A stretch of DNA of 27,407 bases, taken from positions 1-27,407 of the forward strand of contig JANTFQ010000001.1 in assembly GCA_024763405.1 (NCBI GenBank), in the 5' to 3' direction. The notes under the pieces were generated by a model that did not search any database, was not told where the DNA came from, and was given only the letters and a program-made list of their open reading frames with translations. This document shows, piece after piece, positions 1-10,242 of this stretch. The stretch comes from Calditrichaceae bacterium. Its GTDB lineage: Bacteria; Calditrichota; Calditrichia; Calditrichales; Calditrichaceae. The position numbers and the translations under genes are program-made. How positions within the stretch are numbered: position 1 is the stretch's first letter; each line of letters opens with the position of its first letter.

Positions 1-3000
1 CCGTCGGAAATAATATGATGCATGGTAAGCAGCAAGATATGCGTTTGGGAATTCAGTTTTAAAATACCGGTCCGGAAAAGGGGAGCGGCTGATAGATTAA
101 ACGGTTTACGCGCTTCTTCCGAAATGAGTTGCTGAACCTTTGCCTGAAGAACACGGCCAGTGAGAGCCGTTAAATCGGTAATCGGAATTTCCACGGGGAC
201 TTCATTCAAAATCAGCTGAAAGGCTTTGCCTTCTTCGGATTTAAAAATGGTACGCAGAATTTCATGGCGCTTGACCATCCGCTCCAGGCTCTTCTTTAAT
301 ACAGAGATATCCAGAGTTCCGGTTATTTTATAGGCGCTGGGAATATTATAAAACGGACTGCCCGGTTCCAATTGGTCCAGAAACCACAGACGCTGCTGGG
401 AAAAGGAGAGGGGCAGTTTTTGATTTCGGGATACCGGAACAATGGGCAAAGCTTCATTATTTGCGGCACCCGAATCTTCTTTTTCAATCGCAGCAGCAAG
501 GCTTTCTACTGTCGGTGATTGAAAGAGTTCGCGCAGAGGTAATTCAATCTCGAACTGATCCCGGATGCGTGAAATCACCTGGGTGGCAATCAGAGAGTGG
601 CCGCCCAGTTCAAAAAAATTATCCAGCGCTCCCACCTGCTTAATTTTTAAGACTTCACTAAATATCTTTGCAACTTTCTCTTCGTGTTGATTACGCGGTG
701 CGATATATTCCAAATCCAAATCCGACCGGGATATTTCCGGCGCCGGTAAGGCTTTGCGGTCGGTTTTTCCATTGCGGTTTAATGGAAATTTTTCCATAAA
801 AACAAAGGCGGCGGGCACCATATAATTGGGCATATGTTCCCTGAGATAGTTTTTTAATTCCGGGACGGATGGGACTGCGCCGTCTTTGAGAATCGCATAT
901 GCAACCAGTTGTTTGCTCCCGGGTTTGTCCTCTCTGGCTAGGACAAGTACCTGTGCCAATGCGGGATGCTTGCTGAGAACAACTTCAATTTCACCAAGCT
1001 CAACACGGAAACCACGAATTTTAACCTGATAATCAATTCGGCCTACAAACTCAACTTTTCCATTTGGAAGCATGCGCGCTAAATCACCGCTTCGGTAGAG
1101 TCTGCTTCCGGGAATGCCGCTGAAGGGATCGGGAATAAAACTTCCGGCTGTTAAATCGGGACGTTTTAAATAACCGCGGGCCACACCGTCACCGCCAATA
1201 CAAAGCTCACCGGAAACTCCGAACGGTACGGGTTTTAAAAATGAATCTAAAATATAGGTTTGATAATTACCTAAAGGATAGCCAATAGTGATTTTAGAAT
1301 TTAGTTCCATACGCGAATATGTGGCCGTTGCGGCAACTTCTGTTGGGCCGTATATATTAAAGAAATGCATTTTTGGAAAAAACTTTAGGGTCCGGTTTCG
1401 CAGGTCCTCATCCAGCGCTTCACCTCCCAACAGCAAACCGGTTATGCAGTCCTGATTAATTTTTAATGTATCAGACTCCAAAACATCCAAAACCGAGCGC
1501 CACAGAGGCGGCACGCTGTTAAAACAGGCATTTTTCAGCGGGCTGAAATATTTGATTAATTCTTCCGGCTGCATTACGGTTTCTTCGGGAACCATGTGCA
1601 CCGTTCTACCACTCGTAACAGGGCTATAATATTGTTTAAGTGATATATCAAAATGCAGACGGGTGATCATGGGGATTTCGGATATACCTTCTTCATGTGA
1701 AAAATTATTCCACCAATACAGGTAATTTACCAGACTGCGGTGCTGGATCATCACGCCTTTCGGTTTCCCGGTGGAACCGGAGGTATAAATGAGATACGCT
1801 ACATTTTCCGCGGTTACTCTGCTTTGCGGATTTTTCTGGCTCATTGCAGAAAAAGGTTCAGGCACATCATCAATGCAAACGACCTTAAGGGAATGTTCTT
1901 TTAAATCGTCATACAGTTTTTTATGGGTTAAAAGAATATTTGCTCCGGCATCTTTTAGAATAAAAGCCTGGCGGTCAATGGGATTATGCGGATCAATGGG
2001 CAGGTAAGCGCCGCCGGCTTTATTTACTGCCAGCACGGCGGTCAGCATTTCCACGGACCGTTCCATGCAAATACCCACATATTGTTCAGGCCCAACACCT
2101 TGCTCCTGTAATAAATGGGCTAGTTGGTTTGCTTTACGATTTAAGGCTTCATAGGTAAGTGAATCGCCTTCATAAACCACCGCCAGCGTATCCGGTGTTT
2201 TTTCTGCTTGTTTTTCGAACAGGTGATGCGCGCATATTGTTCGCGGATAATCAAAGGATGTTTTATTAAACTCAGATACAATTTGCTTTGTTTCCGTATC
2301 TGTCAGCAGTTGATAATGCCCGATACGCTGCCCGGGATTTTTCGAAATATTTTCCAGCAGAATTTTAAAATGCTGAATAAAGCGTTCGATGGTTACAGTA
2401 TCGAAAAGCGCTTCATTGAAACCAACAATAGTGTTCAGTCCATCCGGATTTTCGTTTATATTTAACGTCAGGTCAAATTTAACCGCACCTATATCCTGCG
2501 TTATCTGTTCGAGATCAAGATTGGGTACTTTTAAGGACTGTTTGGGAATATTCTGAAAAGTAAAAAATACCTGAAAAAAAGGGGTATGTGTCATATCCCG
2601 CTCCGGCTGTAACTCCTCTACCAGCTTTTCGAAGGGGATTTCCTGGTGGGATAAAGCGCCGAGTGTGGCCGTTTTTACACGGTCTAAGAGTTCTAAAAAA
2701 GTTGGATTCCCTGAAAGATCGGTACGCATAACTAACGTATTTATAAAAAAACCGATTAATCCCCGCGTTTCGGTGCGGTCACGGTTGGCGATAGGCGTCC
2801 CTACCGAAATGTCATCCTGCCCTGAATAACGATAGAGAATAGTCTGAAAAGCGGCCAGGATGGTCATAAAAAGAGTCGCCCCTTTTTTTGCGGTAATATC
2901 TTTAAGGGGCATCAATATATCATTTGAAACGGAAAACATAAGATGTTTTCCGCGCTGGCTATTGGCGCTTCTTTTGGGCCGGTCTGCAGGTAATTCAAGC

Positions 3001-3707
3001 GCCGGCGGATTATCACCGAGTACTTCCCGCCAATACGTTATTTGTTTTTCATATATTTCACCGGAAAGCCGCGTTCTTTGCCAGACAGAATAATCGGCAT
3101 ATTGAATTGGCAGTTTGGGCAGAGCAGCTTCGTTTCCCTTTAATTCGGCCTGGTAAAAGGCGCCTATTTCATTGATAAAAACGCCTACGGACCAGCCGTC
3201 GGAAACAATATGGTGCATTGTAAGCAGCAGAATGTGTTCGTCTTTTCCGGTGTGCAGAAGCGTTAAACGAATCAACGGCCCCTTGGAGAGGTCAAACGGC
3301 TTCTGAGCCTCGCGATTGGAATGTTCGGTTATTTCAGATTCCTTTTGTGCGGTGGGAATCTCTGTCAAATCAATGATTGGGATGTCAATTTTTAATTCGG
3401 AAGCAACAATCTGGACAGGTTTATCACCGGACTGTATAAAGTGCGTACGCAGCGATTCGTGACGCTGGATAATTTTATTGACGCTGTTTGTTAAGGCCGT
3501 GTAGTCTAAAAAGCCCTTCATTCTTACCGCAGTAGGAATATTGTATAAAGGACTTTCCGGATATAATTGATCCAGAAACCAGAGCCGTTCCTGTGAATAG
3601 GATAATGGAAATGAATTGTTTTTTTTTGTTTTCTGCTTTAGACGCTGTTCGAGTAATTTTCGCTTTTCCGGTGAAAGAGAGGCGAGCACCTTGGAATAAT
3701 CAGTCAT
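1..3707 (-). CDS. NRPS E (partial, 3' end outside window): N-terminal docking helix - C(LCL) - A - T - C(LCL, truncated at HHIISDG by window edge)
   Basis: Start and motif regions translated by hand from the reverse complement. ATG at 3707-3705 overlaps the NRPS D stop (ATGACTGA). Reads MTDYSKVLASLSPEKRKLLEQRLKQKTKKNNSFPLSYSQERLWFLDQL; HHIVSDGWS (~3195-3220); YLIYTSGSTGKPKG (~1757-1798); NIYGPTE (~1337-1360); NGKTDRKAL (~748-775); FFELGGHSLIATQ (~580-620); LPLSFSQQRLWFL (~380-418); MHHIISDG at 1-23. The frame at 3707 matches the frame at position 3. Not every codon in between was checked. Confidence 0.95.
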   Translation of the reverse strand, partial: MTDYSKVLASLSPEKRKLLEQRLKQKTKKNNSFPLSYSQERLWFLDQLYPESPLYNIPTAVRMKGFLDYTALTNSVNKIIQRHESLRTHFIQSGDKPVQIVASELKIDIPIIDLTEIPTAQKESEITEHSNREAQKPFDLSKGPLIRLTLLHTGKDEHILLLTMHHIVSDGWSVGVFINEIGAFYQAELKGNEAALPKLPIQYADYSVWQRTRLSGEIYEKQITYWREVLGDNPPALELPADRPKRSANSQRGKHLMFSVSNDILMPLKDITAKKGATLFMTILAAFQTILYRYSGQDDISVGTPIANRDRTETRGLIGFFINTLVMRTDLSGNPTFLELLDRVKTATLGALSHQEIPFEKLVEELQPERDMTHTPFFQVFFTFQNIPKQSLKVPNLDLEQITQDIGAVKFDLTLNINENPDGLNTIVGFNEALFDTVTIERFIQHFKILLENISKNPGQRIGHYQLLTDTETKQIVSEFNKTSFDYPRTICAHHLFEKQAEKTPDTLAVVYEGDSLTYEALNRKANQLAHLLQEQGVGPEQYVGICMERSVEMLTAVLAVNKAGGAYLPIDPHNPIDRQAFILKDAGANILLTHKKLYDDLKEHSLKVVCIDDVPEPFSAMSQKNPQSRVTAENVAYLIYTSGSTGKPKGVMIQHRSLVNYLYWWNNFSHEEGISEIPMITRLHFDISLKQYYSPVTSGRTVHMVPEETVMQPEELIKYFSPLKNACFNSVPPLWRSVLDVLESDTLKINQDCITGLLLGGEALDEDLRNRTLKFFPKMHFFNIYGPTEVAATATYSRMELNSKITIGYPLGNYQTYILDSFLKPVPFGVSGELCIGGDGVARGYLKRPDLTAGSFIPDPFSGIPGSRLYRSGDLARMLPNGKVEFVGRIDYQVKIRGFRVELGEIEVVLSKHPALAQVLVLAREDKPGSKQLVAYAILKDGAVPSVPELKNYLREHMPNYMVPAAFVFMEKFPLNRNGKTDRKALPAPEISRSDLDLEYIAPRNQHEEKVAKIFSEVLKIKQVGALDNFFELGGHSLIATQVISRIRDQFEIELPLRELFQSPTVESLAAAIEKEDSGAANNEALPIVPVSRNQKLPLSFSQQRLWFLDQLEPGSPFYNIPSAYKITGTLDISVLKKSLERMVKRHEILRTIFKSEEGKAFQLILNEVPVEIPITDLTALTGRVLQAKVQQLISEEARKPFNLSAAPLFRTGILKLNSQTHILLLTMHHIISD

Positions 3708-6700
3708 TTGTATCTGCCCCTTCCGGATCATCTTCTAATAATAATTTTGCTTCTTCGTCTGACATGCCGTCAAGCTCTGCCAGCAGCGCATCCAAATCAT
3801 CGTTTCCACGTTCTACCTGTTCAATTCTCTGGTCATCCTGAGCGCTAAGGGTTGTTTCCGGGTTAAGAATCGCTTCGGCCAGACCTTCAATAGTGGGCGT
3901 CTCGAACAAAATCCGCAGTGGAATATCCACCTGAAATTCTTCGCGAATATTTGATATAAATTGGGTAGCTAACAGGGAATGGCCGCCTAATTCAAAGAAA
4001 TTATCGTACACACCCACTTTATCCAGGCTAAGTAAATCACACACTATTTCCGCCAGTTTTTCTTCTTCCGCATTGCGCGGCGCTACAAACTCGGTTTTTA
4101 AGGCGTCCCGGGAAAGTTCAGGAACCGGTAGTACTTTGCGGTCAACCTTTCCGCTGGTATTAAGCGGCATAGATTCCAGATGCACAAAAACAGAGGGAAC
4201 CATATATTCGGGTACCTGTTTTTGCACATGGGAACGCAGTTCGTTGACATCAAGGGCATTGCCGTCTTCACTTACATAATAGGCCACCAAACGCTGATGG
4301 CCGGGTTTATCCTCGCGGGCCAGTACGGCCACATCGCGTATTTTATCAAAGCCGGTTAACACCGCTTCGATTTCACCGAGTTCGATACGGAAGCCGCGCA
4401 CTTTTACCTGGTGATCGATGCGGCCCAGAAATTCCATATTGCCGTCGGGCAGCCAGCGCACCAAATCCCCACTGCGATATAAACGCGATCCGGATTGTTG
4501 ACCAAAAGGATTGGGAATGAATTTATCCGCGGTCAAATCGGGACGATTCAGATAGCCGCGGGCCAGGCCGGCGCCGGCGATACACAATTCTCCGGGAACG
4601 CCGAGAGCGGCAGGCTGCCAATGGGCGTCCAAAACATATAACTGAAAATTATCAATCGGTTTGCCAATGGGCGGTTCGCGGTCATCGGATGGTGATGTTT
4701 CGAACATAGAAGCACAAACTGTGGTTTCGGTTGGCCCGTAAGCATTAACGAACTGCCTGTTTTCACCCCAGCGTTTTACCAAATCGCTGGTACATTTTTC
4801 ACCGGCGGTAATAATGGTTTTTAAATCGGGCAGTTCCTCCTGGGGCATCACGGCCAGAACTGAAGGAGGCAGCGTAACCGTGCTAATCTGCTGCTCTTTT
4901 AGAACCGAAGCCAATCCCTGACCAGAAGTCAGGGCTTCCTGTTCGGCTAAAACCAGCGCCGCGCCGTTAAGCAGGGCCATGGCCGTTTCCCAGACAGAGG
5001 CGTCGAAACTGAGGGAAGCAAACTGTAAAATTTTACTTGTCTTTGATATGGAAAAAGCTTTTTGCTGTGCCTGCGCCAAATTAATTAGCCCCCTGTGGGC
5101 CAGCATTGTTCCCTTGGGTTTCCCGGTGGAACCGGACGTGTAAATCACATAGGCCAGGTTCTCATCAGAAATATCCAGCAAAAGATTTTCAGTATTTTGA
5201 TTGGAAATGGTTTCGGCGTCCCGGTCTAAACAAATTACGGGCGTTCCGTTTACGGGAAGCGTTTCCAGCATATTTTCCAGGGTGATTAAAAACTTTAAAC
5301 CGGAATCTTCCAGCATATAGGAAATTCGATCTGCGGGATAGGCCGGATCGATGGACAGGAAAGCGCCACCGGCTTTTAGAATACCCAGAATGGCCACCGG
5401 AATATCCAGAGAACGGGGCAGGCTGATGCCCACAATCTGGTCTTTTTGCAATCCGGCGGATAATAAATGATTGGCTAATTGATTGGCACGGGCATTCAGC
5501 GCGCTGTAACTCAGATTGGAATCTCCGAACTGCGCCGCGGTCTGATCACCGGCCCTATGGACAAAAGATTCAAATACGCGGGGAACTGTGGCCTCCTGCG
5601 GGAGTTCGAAAGCGGTCTGATTCCATTTCTGGAAAAGATTTTGCTTTTCTTCGTCTGTTAAAAAATCTAATTGATTGAGCTGCTGTTTGGGATTGGCCAC
5701 AACTTCCTTTAAAATATTACGAAAATGCTGCATCATCCGTTCAATGGTGGTTGCATTAAACAAATCGGTATTATATTCAAAATAACAGTCGATGGCGTTT
5801 TCGGTTTCCGCTGTGGTCAGGGTTAAATCGTATTTTGCAATTTGTCCCTTTGCTTCAAATGGTTCCAGTGATAAATCGGGCAGTTCCAGTTTTTCAATGT
5901 CCATATTTTGCAGGATAAAAGCCACCTGGAACAGGGGCGAATGGCTCATATCCCGTTCCACATGCAGAGCTTCCACCAACTGTTCGAACGGTAAATCCTG
6001 GTGTGCATACGATTGCAGTGTGGTTTCTCGCAGTTGTTTAAGCAGGGCTTTAAAATTAGTTACGCTGCTAAAATCGGCTTTAAAAGTAAGCGTATTTACA
6101 AAAAATCCGATCAACTGCTCCGTAGCAGACTGCGTACGGTTGGCAATGGGCGAACCAACCAGAATATTATCCTGTCCGCTGTAGCGGTGCAGCAGGGTTT
6201 GAAAGGCGGCCAGCAGCGTCATAAACAGGGTAGCGCCCTCTTTTTGGCTGAACTGTTTAACCTGTGCCGTAAATTCAGCGGACAGGTTCAGTTTTAGAGT
6301 CTGTCCGTTAAAAGTCTGCACAGCCGGCCGGGGCCGGTCGGTAGGCAGTTCCAGAACCGGCGGATTTTCACCAATCAGTTCTTTCCAGAATTCAAGCTGC
6401 TTCTCTAAAACTTCACCCCGCAGCCAGTTACGCTGCCAAACGGCATAGTCGCCGTATTGAATAGGCAGATCGGGCAGGGGAGACGGTTTTCCCTCTAAGA
6501 AGGCCGGATATAAAAGGGCAACTTCTTTAATTAAAATTCCCATCGACCAGCCGTCCGTTATGGTATGGTGCAGGGTGAATATCACCACATGATCCTGGTC
6601 GGCCAGTTTTAGCAGCCGGCCCCGGAATAAGGGGCCTTTAGCCAGATCAAATCCGGTAACGGCGTCTGTTTTGGCGATTTCCCGCGCCTGTTCTTCCGCT

Positions 6701-9700
6701 TCGACAGCAGGCAGATGGCTTAAATCCTGAATAGGAAATTTAAAATCAATTTCTTCGTGGACGGTTTGTACCGGCCCTTCGCGCTGTTCACTAAACGTGG
6801 TGCGCAACACCTCATGCCGACTTAAAATTTCCTGAACGCAGCGTTCCAGAACATCCACATTCAACTGTCCCTTTAAACGCAGAACGGTGGGGATATTGTA
6901 GTTGGCGCTTCCCGGGGCCAACTGGTCTAAGAACCAGAGACGCTGCTGAGCAAAAGAGAGAGGGAGTTCCGAGCTGTGGTCCGTCTGTTCAATGGGCGGC
7001 GCGGCCAATGACTGATCAGTCAAACGCAGTTGTTCAATTTTTAAGGCTAAATCGGCGAGTACCGGATTTTCAAAAAAATCACGCAGGGGCAGTTCCACCC
7101 CAAAAGCGTCACGGATACGGGATAGCATTTGGGTGGCCAGCAGGGAATGGCCGCCCAGCTCAAAGAAATTATCATTTACGCCGGCATCCGCAATTTTAAG
7201 GACACTGCGCACCAGGTTCACCAGCAATTCCTCGGCAGGCGTACGCGGCATAATTTTTTCTGTGCTTCCTCCGGCGCCATCTTCCGGTACCGGAAGCGCT
7301 TTACGGTCTACCTTTCCGCTGGGAGTTAACGGAAATTGTTCCATTTCTACAAAAACAGGCGGTACCATGTATTCGGGCAGATGTTCTTTTAAATAACGCT
7401 GCAAAGCAGAACGATCTAATTCAGCCTTCGTATTTTTTACAAGATAGGCGGCAAGGTATTTTTGTCCCGGTTCATCTTCACGCAGAAGAACCGCGGCGTC
7501 GCTGATTGATTCGAAATCACAGAATACGTTCTCGATTTCACCCAGTTCAATCCGAAAACCGCGCAATTTTACCTGAAAGTCGATCCGCCCCATAAATTCC
7601 AAGCTCCCGTCCGGCAACCAGCGCACTAAATCACCGCTCTTGTATAAGCGCATACCCGGCTCGTCACTAAAGGGATTTGGAATAAATTTTTCCGCGGTCA
7701 AATCCGGACGATTTAAATAGCCCCGTGCCAGACCAACACTGGCAATATGCAGCTCTCCGGGGACGCCTGGCGGCTGGGGATGAAGCCAGGGATCCAAAAC
7801 ATAGAGTTGTGCATTTTGCATCGGAAACCCAATCGGAACAGAACGTTCGAATGTAGTGGCTTCTTTAATACTGAGCATGGCTGCCGCCACGGTACTTTCG
7901 GTCGGTCCATAGCCGTTTACGAAGGTGCGTCCGGGCGCCCAGCGCGCCACAATATCCGGTGTGCAGGCTTCGCCAGCCGAACCGGCTACCTTTAGATCCG
8001 GCAGATTTTGATGGTCTAATACGGCTAAGACAGATGGCGGAAAAATAATTGTGGAAATTTTCTGATTACGTAAAACATCGCTTAAACCGCGTTCGGATAA
8101 AATAGTATCTTTGCTGATTAAGTGCAGTACCGCACCGTTGAGCAGAGCGCCAAAGATTTCGGCTACCGAGGCGTCAAATCCGATCGAAGCAAATTGCAGA
8201 ACGCGTTTTTCCGGTTCCATTTTAAATGTTTTGCCAATGGATTGAGCCGTATTGACCGCGCCCCTGTGCTGAAGCAGAGTCCCTTTTGGTGTACCGGTAG
8301 AACCGGAGGTATAAATTATATAGGCCAGGTTATCGGGATGATTACGGAAAACAGGGTTGTCTGTTTTTTCTGAATCGATGGCGCCGCGCTCGTTATCCCA
8401 GTTTAAGCCGGGCAGATTTAAATGCGCTATCTTTTCCAAATATTTCGAATCGGAAATACAAATGGAAGCATCCGAATCTTTTAGAATAAATTCGACACGT
8501 TCTAACGGATATTCCGGATCGATGGGCACATAGGAAGCACCCGCCTTGATCACCGCCATCAGGCTGATAATGGATTCTACGGAACGATCTAGATAAACGG
8601 CCGCTTTTTGTTCCGGACCGAGGTCTTTTGCGCGCAGGTAATGCGCCAGCTGATTAATCTTGCTGTTCAGCTGAGCGTAAGTATATTGCCGGTCATTAAA
8701 TACAAGGGCAGGGGCATCTGCGCGTTCAGTTACCTGCTGCTCAAATACCTGCTGCACGCACAAGGTATCCGGGTATTCTGTTTTGGTTTGATTCCAATTG
8801 ACAAGTATCTGATTTACGTCATCGGAATCTAACAGATTTAAATCCTGTACACGTATTTCAGGAACGTTTGCAATCTGTTCTAAAATAAGCCCCATCTGCT
8901 TCAGCATTCCGTTAATGCTCTTTGTGGAAAACTGTGTGCTGTCGTACGCAATATCAAGGCTTAAACCGCTGTGTGCTCCTGCGATGAGTGAAATGGGATA
9001 GTTGGTGCGCTCATTTGTATGTACATCAAAAATATCCAGACTACTCATCTGGTTTTTCATGGATTCGTCCACGGGGTAATTCTCAAAAACGATCAGACTT
9101 TCGAACAAAGAAGAATGACCGGGCACACTGCTCCAGCTTTGAATATCGGCCAGGGGGGTGTATTCGTATTCGCGCAGTTCCACCGACCGTTTCTGGATTT
9201 CGGTTAATACATTTAAAGCGGATTCATGCGGATTAACCGGCACACGCACAGGCAATGTATTAATAAATAATCCGGGTGTCTCTTCAACCCCCTGCAACTC
9301 CGGCGGGCGGCCCGATACCGTAGCGCCGAAGACAATATCTTCATCACCGGTATAACGGTGCAGTAAAATACTCCAGGCTCCCTGAACGATGGTATTCATC
9401 GTGAGCTGATTGGCGCGCGCCAGTGTGTTCAGTTTGTCTGCTGTATGCTGCGGAAGATGAAAGGTTTCCTTAAGATAGGCATTTTCCTTTTGGGGATCGA
9501 TATCAAAATTGAGTAATGGAATTGCATTGGGAGCGCTGAAACCCTGTAAAAATTCTTTCCAGAAATGCTCTGCTTGCTGCATATCCTGTTTTTGCAGCCA
9601 TAAAATATAATCCCGGTAGGGACGTTTCCTCGGCAGATCAAATGCCTGCCCACGAATATAGGACTCGTAAAAGGAAAAGACTTCTTTAAGTAAAATGGGC

Positions 9701-10167
9701 AGTGACCATCCGTCAAATAAAATATGATGATTGCTCCAGACGAGCTGCCAGACATCCTGCTTTAAACGGATTACCGCCAGCCGGATCAGCGGAGCCTTAG
9801 CCAGTTTAAAACCTTTGGCGCGATCTTCAGCTAAGAATTTTTCAAGCATTTCAGTATGAACAGCGCCATCCGTTTGCCCGCTCCAGTCCAGTTCGGCGAA
9901 GGGCAGTTCCACTTCTTTTTGAACGACCTGCAGGGGCACATCCTGTTTTTTATAGACAAACGAAGTGCGCAGGATAGGATTGCGCTCCATGGTTTTTTCG
10001 AGTGCTTTTTTGAATGCGTCTACATCAAAACTTCCGCGTACTTTAAAGGTGGTCTGTTCAAAATACAAACCGCCTTCTTCTTCAAGAATGGTGTGAAATA
10101 ACATCCCCTGCTGCATAGGAGACAGGGGATAAACTGCTTCGATATTTTTCTGTTTAGATTTATTCAT
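3700..10167 (-). CDS. NRPS D, 2155 aa, bimodular: C(DCL)-A-T-C(LCL)-A(Phe)-T-acidic C-terminal docking helix
   Basis: ORF track. N-terminus IEAVYPLSPMQQGMLFH and HHILFDGWS are DCL-type. Two YTSGSTG A3 motifs, two GGHSLLATQ T domains, and second C LPLSFAQQRLWFL...HHTITDGWS. The A2 code DAWTIAAVCK is the established Phe code (TycA/GrsA type). A1 code is DAAIGAGVAK. Confidence 0.97.
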   Translation of the reverse strand: MNKSKQKNIEAVYPLSPMQQGMLFHTILEEEGGLYFEQTTFKVRGSFDVDAFKKALEKTMERNPILRTSFVYKKQDVPLQVVQKEVELPFAELDWSGQTDGAVHTEMLEKFLAEDRAKGFKLAKAPLIRLAVIRLKQDVWQLVWSNHHILFDGWSLPILLKEVFSFYESYIRGQAFDLPRKRPYRDYILWLQKQDMQQAEHFWKEFLQGFSAPNAIPLLNFDIDPQKENAYLKETFHLPQHTADKLNTLARANQLTMNTIVQGAWSILLHRYTGDEDIVFGATVSGRPPELQGVEETPGLFINTLPVRVPVNPHESALNVLTEIQKRSVELREYEYTPLADIQSWSSVPGHSSLFESLIVFENYPVDESMKNQMSSLDIFDVHTNERTNYPISLIAGAHSGLSLDIAYDSTQFSTKSINGMLKQMGLILEQIANVPEIRVQDLNLLDSDDVNQILVNWNQTKTEYPDTLCVQQVFEQQVTERADAPALVFNDRQYTYAQLNSKINQLAHYLRAKDLGPEQKAAVYLDRSVESIISLMAVIKAGASYVPIDPEYPLERVEFILKDSDASICISDSKYLEKIAHLNLPGLNWDNERGAIDSEKTDNPVFRNHPDNLAYIIYTSGSTGTPKGTLLQHRGAVNTAQSIGKTFKMEPEKRVLQFASIGFDASVAEIFGALLNGAVLHLISKDTILSERGLSDVLRNQKISTIIFPPSVLAVLDHQNLPDLKVAGSAGEACTPDIVARWAPGRTFVNGYGPTESTVAAAMLSIKEATTFERSVPIGFPMQNAQLYVLDPWLHPQPPGVPGELHIASVGLARGYLNRPDLTAEKFIPNPFSDEPGMRLYKSGDLVRWLPDGSLEFMGRIDFQVKLRGFRIELGEIENVFCDFESISDAAVLLREDEPGQKYLAAYLVKNTKAELDRSALQRYLKEHLPEYMVPPVFVEMEQFPLTPSGKVDRKALPVPEDGAGGSTEKIMPRTPAEELLVNLVRSVLKIADAGVNDNFFELGGHSLLATQMLSRIRDAFGVELPLRDFFENPVLADLALKIEQLRLTDQSLAAPPIEQTDHSSELPLSFAQQRLWFLDQLAPGSANYNIPTVLRLKGQLNVDVLERCVQEILSRHEVLRTTFSEQREGPVQTVHEEIDFKFPIQDLSHLPAVEAEEQAREIAKTDAVTGFDLAKGPLFRGRLLKLADQDHVVIFTLHHTITDGWSMGILIKEVALLYPAFLEGKPSPLPDLPIQYGDYAVWQRNWLRGEVLEKQLEFWKELIGENPPVLELPTDRPRPAVQTFNGQTLKLNLSAEFTAQVKQFSQKEGATLFMTLLAAFQTLLHRYSGQDNILVGSPIANRTQSATEQLIGFFVNTLTFKADFSSVTNFKALLKQLRETTLQSYAHQDLPFEQLVEALHVERDMSHSPLFQVAFILQNMDIEKLELPDLSLEPFEAKGQIAKYDLTLTTAETENAIDCYFEYNTDLFNATTIERMMQHFRNILKEVVANPKQQLNQLDFLTDEEKQNLFQKWNQTAFELPQEATVPRVFESFVHRAGDQTAAQFGDSNLSYSALNARANQLANHLLSAGLQKDQIVGISLPRSLDIPVAILGILKAGGAFLSIDPAYPADRISYMLEDSGLKFLITLENMLETLPVNGTPVICLDRDAETISNQNTENLLLDISDENLAYVIYTSGSTGKPKGTMLAHRGLINLAQAQQKAFSISKTSKILQFASLSFDASVWETAMALLNGAALVLAEQEALTSGQGLASVLKEQQISTVTLPPSVLAVMPQEELPDLKTIITAGEKCTSDLVKRWGENRQFVNAYGPTETTVCASMFETSPSDDREPPIGKPIDNFQLYVLDAHWQPAALGVPGELCIAGAGLARGYLNRPDLTADKFIPNPFGQQSGSRLYRSGDLVRWLPDGNMEFLGRIDHQVKVRGFRIELGEIEAVLTGFDKIRDVAVLAREDKPGHQRLVAYYVSEDGNALDVNELRSHVQKQVPEYMVPSVFVHLESMPLNTSGKVDRKVLPVPELSRDALKTEFVAPRNAEEEKLAEIVCDLLSLDKVGVYDNFFELGGHSLLATQFISNIREEFQVDIPLRILFETPTIEGLAEAILNPETTLSAQDDQRIEQVERGNDDLDALLAELDGMSDEEAKLLLEDDPEGADTND
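3717..3722 (-). promoter_or_regulatory. Putative Shine-Dalgarno (AAGGGG) for NRPS E, inside the end of NRPS D
   Basis: AAGGGG lies 9 nt upstream of ATG 3707, and the start overlaps the D stop. Confidence 0.45.
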
Positions 10168-10181
10168 ATGCTCACTGTTTT

Positions 10182-10216
10182 AATTACCAATTACCAATTA
10201 CCGATTACCAATTACT
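10182..10216. repeat. Intergenic 7-bp tandem repeat, 5 units (AATTACC x3, GATTACC, AATTACT)
   Basis: Read directly in the 75-bp spacer between NRPS C and NRPS D. Confidence 0.9.
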
Positions 10217-10242
10217 AAAAGCTGATGGCTGACCGCCATAAG

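Noticed and set aside
3619-3632. T9-G-T4 run (A-rich on the coding strand) near the start of NRPS E as a possible phase-variation or frameshift site
   Set aside because: It is in frame and encodes KTKKN in a Lys-rich linker. Similar A/T runs occur throughout, and there is no evidence of slippage from a single sequence.
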